DNA from: an uncultured candidate division Zixibacteria bacterium
GTDB lineage: Bacteria > Zixibacteria > MSB-5A5 > UBA10806 > 4484-95
DNA: 64,000 bases
NCBI GenBank assembly: GCA_963668625.2
Contig: CAXXKA010000006.1
Location: 256,001-320,000 of the forward strand
Direction: 5' to 3'
The notes beneath the pieces are model-generated. The model was given only the letters and a program-made list of their open reading frames with translations, was not told where the DNA came from and ran no database searches. Positions 48,874-58,493 of this stretch are shown here, one piece after another. The position numbers were made by a program, and so were the translations under genes. Numbering within the stretch: the first letter of the stretch is position 1; each line of letters starts with the position of its first letter.

Positions 48874-50691
48874 ATGGGAAAAACCATAGCTGAGAAGATT
48901 ATATCAGAACATATCGGCCGTGATGTTACTACCGGTGAGATAGTTGTGTCAAATGTTGAGCTCTGTCTCGCTCATGATGGCAGTGGACCGCTGGCTATTC
49001 GCCAGATAGGGAAACTGGGAAAAGAGGGAGTAAGCAATCCCTCTAAGACGGTTTTCTTTCTCGACCACTCAGCGCCCGCCGCTCGCAAAGAACTTGCGAA
49101 TGATCATGAATTTGTTCGTAAATTCTGCGCTGACAGCGGTTGTGTACTTGTCGATGAAGGCGAAGGTATATGCCATGTTGTAACAAACGAACGATATGTC
49201 AACCCGGGCGATATCATTATTGGTGGTGATAGTCATACTTGTACCGGTGGAGCGCTTTGCGCTTTCGCTACCGGTATGGGATCCACTGATATCGGCATGG
49301 GCATGGCCATGGGCAAAACCTGGTTTAGAGTGCCTGAGACATATAAGATCTATGTCACCGGGCAATTCCCGATCGGTGTTTATGCCAAAGATTTAATTCT
49401 GCATATAATCGGCCTTATTGGCTCCGATGGCGCGACATATAAAGCGCTGGAATTTTGCGGACCGACTATCGAACGCATGAGTATAGAATCCCGTTTCACG
49501 CTTTCGAATATGGCGGTCGAGGCCGGCGCCAAGGTTGGGCTTATTGCCTCCGATGAAACAACGAGACAATTTTTGGCAAAGATGGGGCGTGCTGACAAAT
49601 GGCGTCCCATCAAAGCCGATAAAGACGCCTCTTACGAGCGGGTGTTCGAAATAAACGTAGAAAAGCTCGTTCCGACTATTTCATTCCCCCATACCGTTGA
49701 TAATACCAGGACTATCGATGAAGCTCAGGGAGTCACAATCGATCAGGTAGTACTTGGAACTTGTACCAATTCCCGTTTAGAGGATTGGGAAATAGTTGCT
49801 CGGATAATACGCGGTAAAAAGAAAGCGCCGGGCGTGAGATTTATCGCCGTACCCGGTTCACCTCTGATACAGAAGCAAGTGCTTGATGCCGGTTACTATC
49901 GCGTCCTGGCGGAATTCGGCGCGATGTTTTTGCCTCCGGGCTGCGGTCCGTGTGTTGGCATACATGGCGGTATTCCCGCCGATGGCGAGAGGGTGTTATC
50001 CACTGCTAATCGTAATTTTAAAGGCAGGATGGGTAATCCTGAGGCTGAGATATATTTAGGATCACCTGCTGCTGTTGCCGCCGCCGCAATCGAGGGCGTG
50101 ATTGCCGATCCTCGCAAATATGAGAAAGAGCTTATTTCAAACACATTTCATGCTGCGGTTAGATCGGAAGCGTTGAAACAAGTCACTATATCAACTGTCA
50201 GCTCAATCGAGCAGGTTGCCTCGGAGACCGCCGAGAGGTTAGGCCCGAAAATCAAAGATACCTCTGAGGTAATCGAAAAGAAAACCCGCGAGGTGATCAA
50301 ACGCTACGAACCTGAAGCTAGAAAAGCCGCTCGGGAGCTGGACAAGACAATTAAAACCCTTGCTACTGATGCCTCAAAAGCTATACGCGATATATTCTCC
50401 TCACGAAAAAGCAGTCCCAAAAAACAAACTCAACCGGAATCTGAGCAAAAGCAGGATACGACCTCAGAAAGCCAAATCGCCTCGGTCAAAACAGCTACTA
50501 AAAAAGTATCGAGAAAGAAAACGGCCAAGCCGGCGGTAAAACGTCGAGCTTTGAAAAAGGTAGCGAAAAAGACTGCAAAGAAAAGAGTGACAGCAAAGAC
50601 ATCCGTGAAAAAGAAAGCAGCCACGAAGAAGATATCAAGAAAATCAGCAGCCAAAAAGAAAGCTGTACGCAGAAAAAACAGAGGGGAATAG
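48874..50691 (+). CDS. Aconitase-family hydro-lyase large subunit (LeuC/HacA type) with ~190-aa helical plus histone-H1-like C-terminal extension
   Basis: MGKTIAEKI, GICH, DSHTCT, GTCTNSR, PGCGPC, STANRNFKGRMG. Core ends near ADPRKY (~aa 416), followed by the extension. Confidence 0.88.
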   Translation: MGKTIAEKIISEHIGRDVTTGEIVVSNVELCLAHDGSGPLAIRQIGKLGKEGVSNPSKTVFFLDHSAPAARKELANDHEFVRKFCADSGCVLVDEGEGICHVVTNERYVNPGDIIIGGDSHTCTGGALCAFATGMGSTDIGMGMAMGKTWFRVPETYKIYVTGQFPIGVYAKDLILHIIGLIGSDGATYKALEFCGPTIERMSIESRFTLSNMAVEAGAKVGLIASDETTRQFLAKMGRADKWRPIKADKDASYERVFEINVEKLVPTISFPHTVDNTRTIDEAQGVTIDQVVLGTCTNSRLEDWEIVARIIRGKKKAPGVRFIAVPGSPLIQKQVLDAGYYRVLAEFGAMFLPPGCGPCVGIHGGIPADGERVLSTANRNFKGRMGNPEAEIYLGSPAAVAAAAIEGVIADPRKYEKELISNTFHAAVRSEALKQVTISTVSSIEQVASETAERLGPKIKDTSEVIEKKTREVIKRYEPEARKAARELDKTIKTLATDASKAIRDIFSSRKSSPKKQTQPESEQKQDTTSESQIASVKTATKKVSRKKTAKPAVKRRALKKVAKKTAKKRVTAKTSVKKKAATKKISRKSAAKKKAVRRKNRGE

Positions 50692-50694
50692 TCA

Positions 50695-51195
50695 ATGGCC
50701 TTAACGGGTAAAACTTTTAAATTCGGTGATGATATCTCCACCGATCATATCACTCCCGGAAGATTTTTTCATCTCCGCTCAGATCTTCCCGAACTGGCAA
50801 AGCATGTTTTAGAGGATGCCGACCCCGATTTCGCCTCAAAGGTGCAACCAGGAGATTTCGTTGTTGGCGGTAGAAATTTCGGCCTTGGCTCCTCGCGCGA
50901 ACACGCGCCGACTATCATAAAGCTGGCGGGAGTGAGCGCGGTGTTGGCTAAATCGTTCGCCCGAATATTTTACAGGAATTCTATCAACGTCGGTTTACCC
51001 GTATTAATTTGTGATACGGATAGTATCGATAACGGGGATGAACTGGAAATCGATCTCGAACGGGGAAGTATCAATAATAAAACCAAATCAATTGAAATAT
51101 TATTTACGCCGTTACCAAAATCCATGGTAAATATTCTTGAGGATGGTGGACTGGTATCACATATTAAATGTCATAATGGTTTTAAACTGGATTGA
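50695..51195 (+). CDS. Aconitase-family hydro-lyase small subunit (LeuD/HacB type)
   Basis: FGDDISTDHITPG, NFGLGSSREHA, SFARIFYRN. Confidence 0.9.
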   Translation: MALTGKTFKFGDDISTDHITPGRFFHLRSDLPELAKHVLEDADPDFASKVQPGDFVVGGRNFGLGSSREHAPTIIKLAGVSAVLAKSFARIFYRNSINVGLPVLICDTDSIDNGDELEIDLERGSINNKTKSIEILFTPLPKSMVNILEDGGLVSHIKCHNGFKLD

Positions 51196-51779
51196 TTATA
51201 GTGAATAAAATCTCCGGACAGATGATACTCGGTATAATAATTATCGCTATTGGAGTGCTGTTTCTTTTTGATATTAATGTATTTGGATTGATTGGCAAAC
51301 TCTGGCCGTTTCTACTTGTCGTTTTCGGATTGTACCTGATCTTCGCTCACAGGGGAAAATCGGATAGAGTCGAACACACAGCCGATGGCAGAGTGAAAAA
51401 TGGTCAGTCGGGCATCCCCGGCTTGATCGGCGATATCAGGGTAGCTGGTTTAAGCGATGGTGTAGGGACTATCGAGAGAAAACTACTTATTGGTGATATA
51501 GTAATCGATCTTGTAGATTCGAAACTTTTAGATGGTGTAAACGTTATCGATGTCGCCCTGTTGTTCGGCGATGTCACGATAATCCTTCCCGAGGATTACC
51601 CCGTTAAAATCGATATTGCAGCCTGCGTGGGAGACCTTGAATACAAGGGCAAACGTGCGGATGGATTTTTCCCAAGCATAAAAGAATCAGATGAGGCTTA
51701 CGATAGATCATCATCAAGATTACATATCCTGGGGAAAATATGCTTCGGTGATATTAAAGTTTTCACGAATTCAAAATAA
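51192..51779 (+). CDS. LiaF-like membrane protein (DUF2154-type C-terminus)
   Basis: N-terminal TMs ([15 protein letters not shown]), then repeated GD-I/V beta motifs. Confidence 0.7.
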   Translation: MIIVNKISGQMILGIIIIAIGVLFLFDINVFGLIGKLWPFLLVVFGLYLIFAHRGKSDRVEHTADGRVKNGQSGIPGLIGDIRVAGLSDGVGTIERKLLIGDIVIDLVDSKLLDGVNVIDVALLFGDVTIILPEDYPVKIDIAACVGDLEYKGKRADGFFPSIKESDEAYDRSSSRLHILGKICFGDIKVFTNSK

Positions 51780-51792
51780 TAAAGGAGATGAG

Positions 51793-53040
51793 ATGGCAAA
51801 GAAATTTAAGATGATTACCCCTCCTGCTGACGGCGAAAGAATTACCGTGGTAGATAAACAATTGCAAGTTCCGGATAACCCGATTATTCCCGTAATAGAG
51901 GGTGACGGTATCGGTCGTGATATCATGAAAGCTACCCGTCGCGTTGTTGATGCCGCTGTTGAGAAAACTTTTAACGGTAAAAAGCGCGTGGTATGGCTTG
52001 ATGTCTACGCCGGTGAAGCCGCCAATGAAAAATACGGTGAATGGCTTCCCCAGGACACCCTGGATGCTATCAAGTACTATGTCGTCGCTCTCAAAGGCCC
52101 GCTTACCACACCGATCGGCGGTGGTTTCCGTTCGTTGAACGTTTCGCTTCGCCAGCTTCTGACATTGTATGCCTGTGTTCGTCCCGTTCGCTGGTTCGAT
52201 GGTGTGCCGTCTCCGGTGAAACGTCCGGATAAACTCAATGTTGTTATTTTCCGTGAAAACACCGAGGATGTCTACGCCGGTATCGAATGGAAAAAAGGCA
52301 CCAAGGATGTCAAGAAAGTTATAGATTTCCTGAATAACGAGATGGGCAAAAACATCCGCGCCGATTCGGGTATCGGCATCAAACCGATCTCGGTTAAAGG
52401 CACCGAACGCCTGATGCGTAAAGCTGTAAATTACGCTATCGATAACAAGCTCAGATCGGTGACCCTGGTGCATAAAGGCAATATCATGAAATTCACCGAG
52501 GGCGCGTTTAAGGATTGGGGTTACAAATTAGCCGCCAAGGAATTCCCCAAACAGACGATCAGTGAGGATGAACTCTGGGATAAATACGATGGCAAATGCC
52601 CCGAGGGAAAAGTCATCATCAAGGATCGTATCGCCGATTCGATTTTCCAACAAGTACTTACCCGTCCCGATGAGTACGATGTTCTGGCTACACCGAATCT
52701 CAATGGCGACTATCTCTCCGATGCCTGCGCAGCTCAGGTCGGCGGTCTGGGAATGGCACCGGGCGCGAATATCGGTGACTACATCGGCCTGTTCGAGGCG
52801 ACTCACGGCACGGCCCCGAAATATGCCGATAAGGACATGGTCAATCCCGGCTCGCTTATCCTCTCAGCGGTCATGATGCTCAATTATCTCGGCTGGAAAG
52901 AGGCCGGTGAGGCTATCGAGAAAGCGATCGAGACCACTATCCAGAAGAAAACAGTCACCTACGATCTGCATCGCCAGATGGAAGGCGCGACCAAGGTTTC
53001 GACCTCAGAGTACGCCACTCATATTATCAACAATCTCTAA
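51793..53040 (+). CDS. icd: Isocitrate dehydrogenase (NADP, E. coli type)
   Basis: [65 protein letters not shown]; ATG 51793 after AAGGAG. Confidence 0.96.
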   Translation: MAKKFKMITPPADGERITVVDKQLQVPDNPIIPVIEGDGIGRDIMKATRRVVDAAVEKTFNGKKRVVWLDVYAGEAANEKYGEWLPQDTLDAIKYYVVALKGPLTTPIGGGFRSLNVSLRQLLTLYACVRPVRWFDGVPSPVKRPDKLNVVIFRENTEDVYAGIEWKKGTKDVKKVIDFLNNEMGKNIRADSGIGIKPISVKGTERLMRKAVNYAIDNKLRSVTLVHKGNIMKFTEGAFKDWGYKLAAKEFPKQTISEDELWDKYDGKCPEGKVIIKDRIADSIFQQVLTRPDEYDVLATPNLNGDYLSDACAAQVGGLGMAPGANIGDYIGLFEATHGTAPKYADKDMVNPGSLILSAVMMLNYLGWKEAGEAIEKAIETTIQKKTVTYDLHRQMEGATKVSTSEYATHIINNL

Positions 53041-53063
53041 GTCACTAGATAGATTTCTCGAAG

Positions 53064-53088
53064 AGGGTCGTTAAACGGCCCTTTTTTT
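53064..53088 (+). terminator. Rho-independent terminator of the TCA operon
   Basis: AGGGTCGT-TAA-ACGGCCCT followed by a T run. Confidence 0.75.
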
Positions 53089-53221
53089 ATTGATCCTAAA
53101 AACCACCGGTTCAGCCGGTGTGTACGTTTAAAGCGAAGCGTTTGCAGAAAGTTTTATTATTAACAGCGACGACAGAGTCTCTCAATAGCGTCACTATCCT
53201 ATATCTGTCACTACCTTGGAG

Positions 53222-53369
53222 GGGGTTATTGAAAAAGCCATTTGCATGAGTCGCTGGGCGGACGAAGTCCTTTATTCATCCTTTCCCGGCGACATGCCGC
53301 ATGAAATCAGGTGTCAGGAATGGATTCCTGACACCACCGTTATCCAACAAGGACTTTTTCAACAAGCCC
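53222..53369. mobile_element. 148-bp MITE with terminal inverted repeats and 4-bp target duplication
   Basis: Left end GGGGTTATTGAAAAAGCC; right end GGACTTTTTCAACAAGCCC (rc GGGCTTGTTGAAAAAGTCC); GGAG duplicated at 53218-53221 and 53370-53373; internal palindrome at 53310-53335. Confidence 0.72.
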
Positions 53370-53759
53370 GGAGGCGGTAATCCAGTATGGCCTTTTTCCT
53401 TATGATACAAAATTCTATATAATTAGCTTTTATGGAGGGGAGACAAAACGAAATATTTAGAATACGGTGGGTTTCAAAATCGGAGTTTTGTAATAGGTGT
53501 GTGTTCAACTTGAATCGTAATTACCTGCTAATATCCAAACGATTATTTTATGGGCGGCACATGCCCCCGTGTGCCCCTTAGCAGTAAATGCGAGGCAGTG
53601 AATTCAGCAGGAATAGGGCAGAACCAATGCGGTTTTGATGATTTGGCTGTCTCATCAGCAGATGACGTCATCTAACGCCCACAGAACGATCGTATTTTTT
53701 ATTTGGGAAACTATCGTAACATTGCTTATGTTGTGAGGGTATATGATAAGCGAGGTGAA

Positions 53760-54519
53760 ATGATGTTTGATTTCAAAGGTAAAACCGTTCTGGTTACGGG
53801 TGCCTCTCGCGGAATAGGCGCCTCGGCCGCGAGTCTATTCGCCAGATTCCGGCGCTAACGTGGTTATTAATTATTGTTCTAATGAAACGCAGGCTCGAAA
53901 AGTACTTGAGCAAATCGAGGCTGATGGCGGTTCGGCAAAGCTATTCAAAGCTGATGTTGCCGATAACAATCAATGTCACGATATGGTCCGATTCACGGTC
54001 GAGCAGTTCGGTTCTATCGATATTCTGGTGAATAACGCCGGTATCTGGAAAGAGTCCGCGATCGAGGAGATGACTCATGACAAGCTGGCAGAGACTTTAA
54101 ACTGCAATATAAACGGATGTTTCTACACCACCACGGCCGCCGTGCCTTACATGAAAAAGCAGAGTTCGGGTAATATCGTATATATCGCCTCAACGGCAGG
54201 CCAGAGGGGAGAAGCTTTTCATTCGCATTACGCCGCCTCTAAAGGAGCCTTAATTTCGCTGACTAAATCGCTGGCTACGGAGTTAGCCTCGCACAATATC
54301 ATGGTCAACTGTGTCGCTCCCGGTTGGGTCGATACCGACATGAGCCATGACATTATAATCTCGGAGGATAGCTCTAAGTACTTATCCCTTATACCGTTGG
54401 GAAGAGCGGCCTCAGTTGAGGAGATCGCCTGGCCGATTTTATTCATGGCCTCCCCGATGGCCGGTTTCATTACCGGCGAAATTTTGAATGTAAATGGCGG
54501 TGCTGTGCTAATTGGCTAA
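53760..54519 (+). pseudogene. FabG-like SDR with a one-base frameshift near 53845-53850 (or an assembly error)
   Basis: ATG 53760 after GAGGTG gives MMFDFKGKTVLVTGASRGIG...FARFRR-stop (53856-53858). The rest (GANVVINY...NNAG...YAASK) is in the +1 frame. Confidence 0.8.
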
Positions 54520-54528
54520 TGATTTGAA

Positions 54529-54557
54529 TTGACATTGAAACGGTCTTTTAATATTAT
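54529..54557 (+). promoter_or_regulatory. Putative sigma70 promoter of the polyprenyl synthase gene
   Basis: TTGACA-17 nt-TATTAT. Confidence 0.65.
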
Positions 54558-54571
54558 CCTAACCGGTTGAT

Positions 54572-55543
54572 ATGAGTAAAGAGTTTAAGAAAATTTTCAC
54601 CCCGGTGGAATCGTGGATCGAGCAGTACGAGGAATTGCTTAAGCAATCACTTAGTACAGATTCCAGTTTCATCTATACAATAACCGAACATTTGTTTTCC
54701 AGCTCAGGTAAAGGGCTTCGGCCGGGTTTGATATTCTTGAGCGCCGGCAGACATGCCAATAAAGCCTCACTGTACGCCGCAGTCGCGATCGAGTTGATTC
54801 ACGTAGCTACGCTTCTTCATGATGATGTCGTCGACGAATCCGATAAACGTCGCGGAATACAAACTGTAAATTACAAGTGGAATAATCTGGTTTCGGTTTT
54901 GATGGGTGATTACTTGTTCGCCAAATCTTTCAAACTCCTGGTCGACTCGGAATCGACCAAGCTTCTAGATCGATTCTCGAGAGCTACCGAGCGTGTCGCT
55001 ACCGGCGAGCTTAACCAGGTGTACGCTACCGGCGATTTCGATTTGGCCGAGAAAGTTTATTTCGAAATTATCGCCGATAAAACCGCCGCCCTGTTCGCCT
55101 GTGCTTGCGAGGCTGGAATTATTTCAAATGGCGGTGATGAGAAGAAAGAAAAAGCCCTGCGTGATTTCGGAGAGAACCTTGGTATAGCGTTTCAAATAAC
55201 CGATGATTTGCTCGACCTGGTAGGCGAGACCAACAAGACCGGCAAACAACTCGGCTCTGATATAAGAGAGGGTTGGGTGACACTGCCTTTAATCTATGCT
55301 CTGCAGAACGGTGGAAACTCTTACAAGGATCAACTGGTAAAACTGTATAAGGATGGTTTTAATAACGATGAGTTCGAGGATGTTGTCAGGTTCGTCAGGG
55401 ATTCCGGTGGTATCGACTATGCTGACAGGCAGGCCAGAAAATACAGTGAACGCGCCAAAGATGCGGTCGCCGGTATCAGCGACCTGGATTATAAAGACAA
55501 TCTCATTCAACTGGCGGATTTTGCGGTTATTCGCGAAAAATAA
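54572..55543 (+). CDS. Polyprenyl diphosphate synthase (IspB/HepT-like)
   Basis: GKGLRP, ELIHVATLLHDDVVD..RRG, KTA, FQITDDLLD. Confidence 0.93.
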   Translation: MSKEFKKIFTPVESWIEQYEELLKQSLSTDSSFIYTITEHLFSSSGKGLRPGLIFLSAGRHANKASLYAAVAIELIHVATLLHDDVVDESDKRRGIQTVNYKWNNLVSVLMGDYLFAKSFKLLVDSESTKLLDRFSRATERVATGELNQVYATGDFDLAEKVYFEIIADKTAALFACACEAGIISNGGDEKKEKALRDFGENLGIAFQITDDLLDLVGETNKTGKQLGSDIREGWVTLPLIYALQNGGNSYKDQLVKLYKDGFNNDEFEDVVRFVRDSGGIDYADRQARKYSERAKDAVAGISDLDYKDNLIQLADFAVIREK

Positions 55544-55579
55544 TCCGAACTCAATTAATTTTATTGACTATAATAATAA

Positions 55580-57709
55580 ATGAATAACCTCTCGATTAGT
55601 TTTCAAAGCAGCCTGATTGCTATATATGTAATTATCGGATTGGTAGCCCTGGCCGTATCATGGTGGAGCTATCGTAATCTTGTGCCGCATATATCGCAAT
55701 TTAAACGCATTTTCCTGATAACGCTGAGATCGCTGGGGATATTCTTTCTGGCCCTGCTTCTTGTAGAGCCGCTTCTGACACGATACTCCGAGAAAACAAT
55801 CGGCAACAGGCTGGGAGTTGTATTCGATTTATCCACCAGTATGTGTATTGAGGATGATAATTCCAGTCGTGTTAACATGGCCCGAAACGCTTTCATTCAA
55901 CATGCTGATATCGACTACGGCGCCAATTACTACGGTTTCTCGGATTCTTTGATCGACATCAATCACATCCCCGACTCCGCTGACTGCAGTGGCCGCGCCA
56001 CCGATCTGGCACTGGCGATTAGCGAACCGCTTGCTCGTGATGGCGACGAACTGGGCGCGCTGCTGGTTATCAGTGATGGCGCCGGTAATATAGGCGCCGA
56101 CCCGCTGCCCTCGGCTATGGAGGCCTCGGTACCGATTTACTCGCTGGTAGTTGGCAAACGAATCAGTTTCAACGATATCGCGATCACCACTGTCGACTAC
56201 CCGCCGGTCAGCTATATCAACACCGAGATCAGCCTGACGGCCGAGGTGAAATCATCGGGCTACGCGGGCAAAGTGGTCCTGCTCGAAATTAAAGATGGCG
56301 GCAAAATAATCGGCTCGAAACGTATCACCTTACCCGGTGATGGCGCGCATACCACGATTGATTTACCGGTCACGTTCACCGAGGAGGGAGTTCATTCCCT
56401 GGAAGCCTCGATAGGCGTGTTGGAGGATGAGGTATACGCCGATAATAATGTCAGGAATTTCACGATAAAATTATTGAAAGATAAAACCTCGATATTGCTG
56501 TTATCCTCCTCGTTAAACTGGGAGTACACGTTTATCCAAAGAGCGTTAAGCTCAGATGAACATTTCGAGGTGCAATCGGCAATCGCCGGCGGCAACAATA
56601 CCATACCCGGGCGTGAGTTACCCACCGGCCTCGAAAGCTGGAAAAATATCGACCTGATAGTTGCGATAGATATACCCTCCAGGTCGGTTGGTTCTCAAAT
56701 CAATGTTTTGAAGCAAGCGGTGGAATCCGGCACGGGTTTCCTGTTTATTGCCGGTGATAAAACGCGGTTGATGCCACTGGCGGGTTGGGATGATATTCTG
56801 CCGTTGGAATCCTCCCCGAGAATATCACTCGAGACCGGTGAGTTCTTCCCAGTACCCGGCGAGCAGGCCATAGTCAAAACGATCACCGATATCGAGGATT
56901 TACGCTGGAGCGATCTTAGTCCGCTCGAGTTCGTGTTCAAGGGATTTAATATCAAACAAAACGCTGTTATATTTTTGGATGCCGTTGATATTACCGACAG
57001 CCATTACCCCGTGCTGGTGGGCGGCGCTTACAAAACCGGCAAAACCGCCGCGATGGTGGGTTACCCGTGGTGGAAAAGATCGTTTCGACCGGCTACGAGC
57101 GAGCAAGCCTCGCAGGGTATGATCAAGTTCTGGGGTAATCTGGTGAGATGGCTGGTGGCGCGTGAGGACCTGGATAAGTTCAACCTGGTGTCCGATAAAT
57201 CGGTATACCGCCTGGGCGAACCGGTGAAATTCAACGCGATCCTATTCGATGACAGCTATAATCTTCTGAGCGGTTCGCAAATAAATGTCGATATCGCCGA
57301 CTCCAACGGCAGCAAACGCGAGTTCCGCTTGACCTCGACCGAGGCCGGCAAATACACCGGCGTTTATGGTTCGCCGGCGGCGGGTAAATACGATTTCAGG
57401 GGCTATGCTATCAGCGAGGGGGATACGCTCGGCGTTACTGATGGTAGTTTCATTGTCGAATCATTCAGCCTGGAGATGGAAAATCCCTCGGCAAATTTTG
57501 CCGTGATGAGCCAGATCGCCTCGGTGACCGGAGGTGTAAGCTACACTGTCGATAATTTCGATGAATTCAAAAACGATTTGAAACTGAATACGAAAACAGC
57601 TAACATTTTCCGTGAGTATTCGCCGACCGGAAATTTATATATTCTGATTCTGGTAATTCTGCTTTTCACGTTGGAGTGGGGGATAAGAAAGTTCAGTCAG
57701 CTCGCTTAA
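55580..57709 (+). CDS. Membrane-anchored vWA/CARDB/GATase-like protein
   Basis: N-terminal TMs, DLSTSM MIDAS, TDL..A, ISDG, Ig-like ADNN, C-terminal LEWGIRK TM. Confidence 0.7.
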   Translation: MNNLSISFQSSLIAIYVIIGLVALAVSWWSYRNLVPHISQFKRIFLITLRSLGIFFLALLLVEPLLTRYSEKTIGNRLGVVFDLSTSMCIEDDNSSRVNMARNAFIQHADIDYGANYYGFSDSLIDINHIPDSADCSGRATDLALAISEPLARDGDELGALLVISDGAGNIGADPLPSAMEASVPIYSLVVGKRISFNDIAITTVDYPPVSYINTEISLTAEVKSSGYAGKVVLLEIKDGGKIIGSKRITLPGDGAHTTIDLPVTFTEEGVHSLEASIGVLEDEVYADNNVRNFTIKLLKDKTSILLLSSSLNWEYTFIQRALSSDEHFEVQSAIAGGNNTIPGRELPTGLESWKNIDLIVAIDIPSRSVGSQINVLKQAVESGTGFLFIAGDKTRLMPLAGWDDILPLESSPRISLETGEFFPVPGEQAIVKTITDIEDLRWSDLSPLEFVFKGFNIKQNAVIFLDAVDITDSHYPVLVGGAYKTGKTAAMVGYPWWKRSFRPATSEQASQGMIKFWGNLVRWLVAREDLDKFNLVSDKSVYRLGEPVKFNAILFDDSYNLLSGSQINVDIADSNGSKREFRLTSTEAGKYTGVYGSPAAGKYDFRGYAISEGDTLGVTDGSFIVESFSLEMENPSANFAVMSQIASVTGGVSYTVDNFDEFKNDLKLNTKTANIFREYSPTGNLYILILVILLFTLEWGIRKFSQLA

Positions 57710-57738
57710 TCGAAGCGCGAGAGAGAGGGAATAGTCAC

Positions 57739-58266
57739 ATGGCTAACAAACTGGTTATGAAAAAAACAAGCTCGCCTTATATAGTCGTCAAAAAATCAAG
57801 CATCCACAGCAAGGGGGTTTTCGCTAAAAAGGATATCCCCGCCGAAACCGAGATCATCGAGTATGTCGGCGAACGTATCACCAAGAAAGAGGCTGATATT
57901 CGCGGCGAGCGGGTGTTGAGCAGGTCCAAAACCGATGTTACCCGTGGAGCTGTTTACATTTTCGAGCTCAACAAGCGTTTCGATATCGATGGCAACGTGT
58001 CGTGGAACACAGCCGGTATAATCAACCACTCCTGCGATCCAAACTGCGAGGCGGTCAACATCGATGGCCACATCTGGATCTGCTCCAAGCGAGATATCGA
58101 CAAAGGCGAGGAACTGACCTACAACTACGGCTACAATTTCGACAACTACGAGGAGCACCCTTGCAGATGCGGTTCCGATAATTGTGTTGGCTTCATCCTG
58201 GATGAGGAACAATGGCCAAGACTGAAACGCGAGTTGGCGAAAAAGGCGAAGGCGGGGAAGAAGTAA
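57739..58266 (+). CDS. SET-domain protein-lysine methyltransferase with post-SET Cys cluster
   Basis: SSIHSKGVFA, IIEYVGE, INHSCDPN, GEELTYNY, CRCGSDNC. Confidence 0.92.
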   Translation: MANKLVMKKTSSPYIVVKKSSIHSKGVFAKKDIPAETEIIEYVGERITKKEADIRGERVLSRSKTDVTRGAVYIFELNKRFDIDGNVSWNTAGIINHSCDPNCEAVNIDGHIWICSKRDIDKGEELTYNYGYNFDNYEEHPCRCGSDNCVGFILDEEQWPRLKRELAKKAKAGKK

Positions 58267-58334
58267 CGGTATAATTGTTCGTTTTGGTTAATATCTCATT
58301 ATTGATAATTGAAAATGTAATATAACGATAAGAG

Positions 58335-58354
58335 GCGGGACATTCTTGTCCCGT
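58335..58354. repeat. REP-like palindrome
   Basis: GCGGGACA-TTCT-TGTCCCGT GC-rich hairpin in AT-rich DNA. Confidence 0.5.
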
Positions 58355-58493
58355 ATAAGAACTGTAAGTAAGGATAAATCGAGGTGAAGTTAATTATGTT
58401 TATTATAATCAAATAATATATCTCACAGTAATATAAGTAAGGCACTAAGCGATTTGTTAGATTTTAGTTTTAAATACGAAGATTGAGGTGATT

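Noticed and set aside
53090-53700. Possible CRISPR array or tRNA in the palindrome-rich spacer
   Set aside because: No regularly spaced identical direct repeats and no cloverleaf/T-loop consensus; the palindromes are heterogeneous REP/MITE types.
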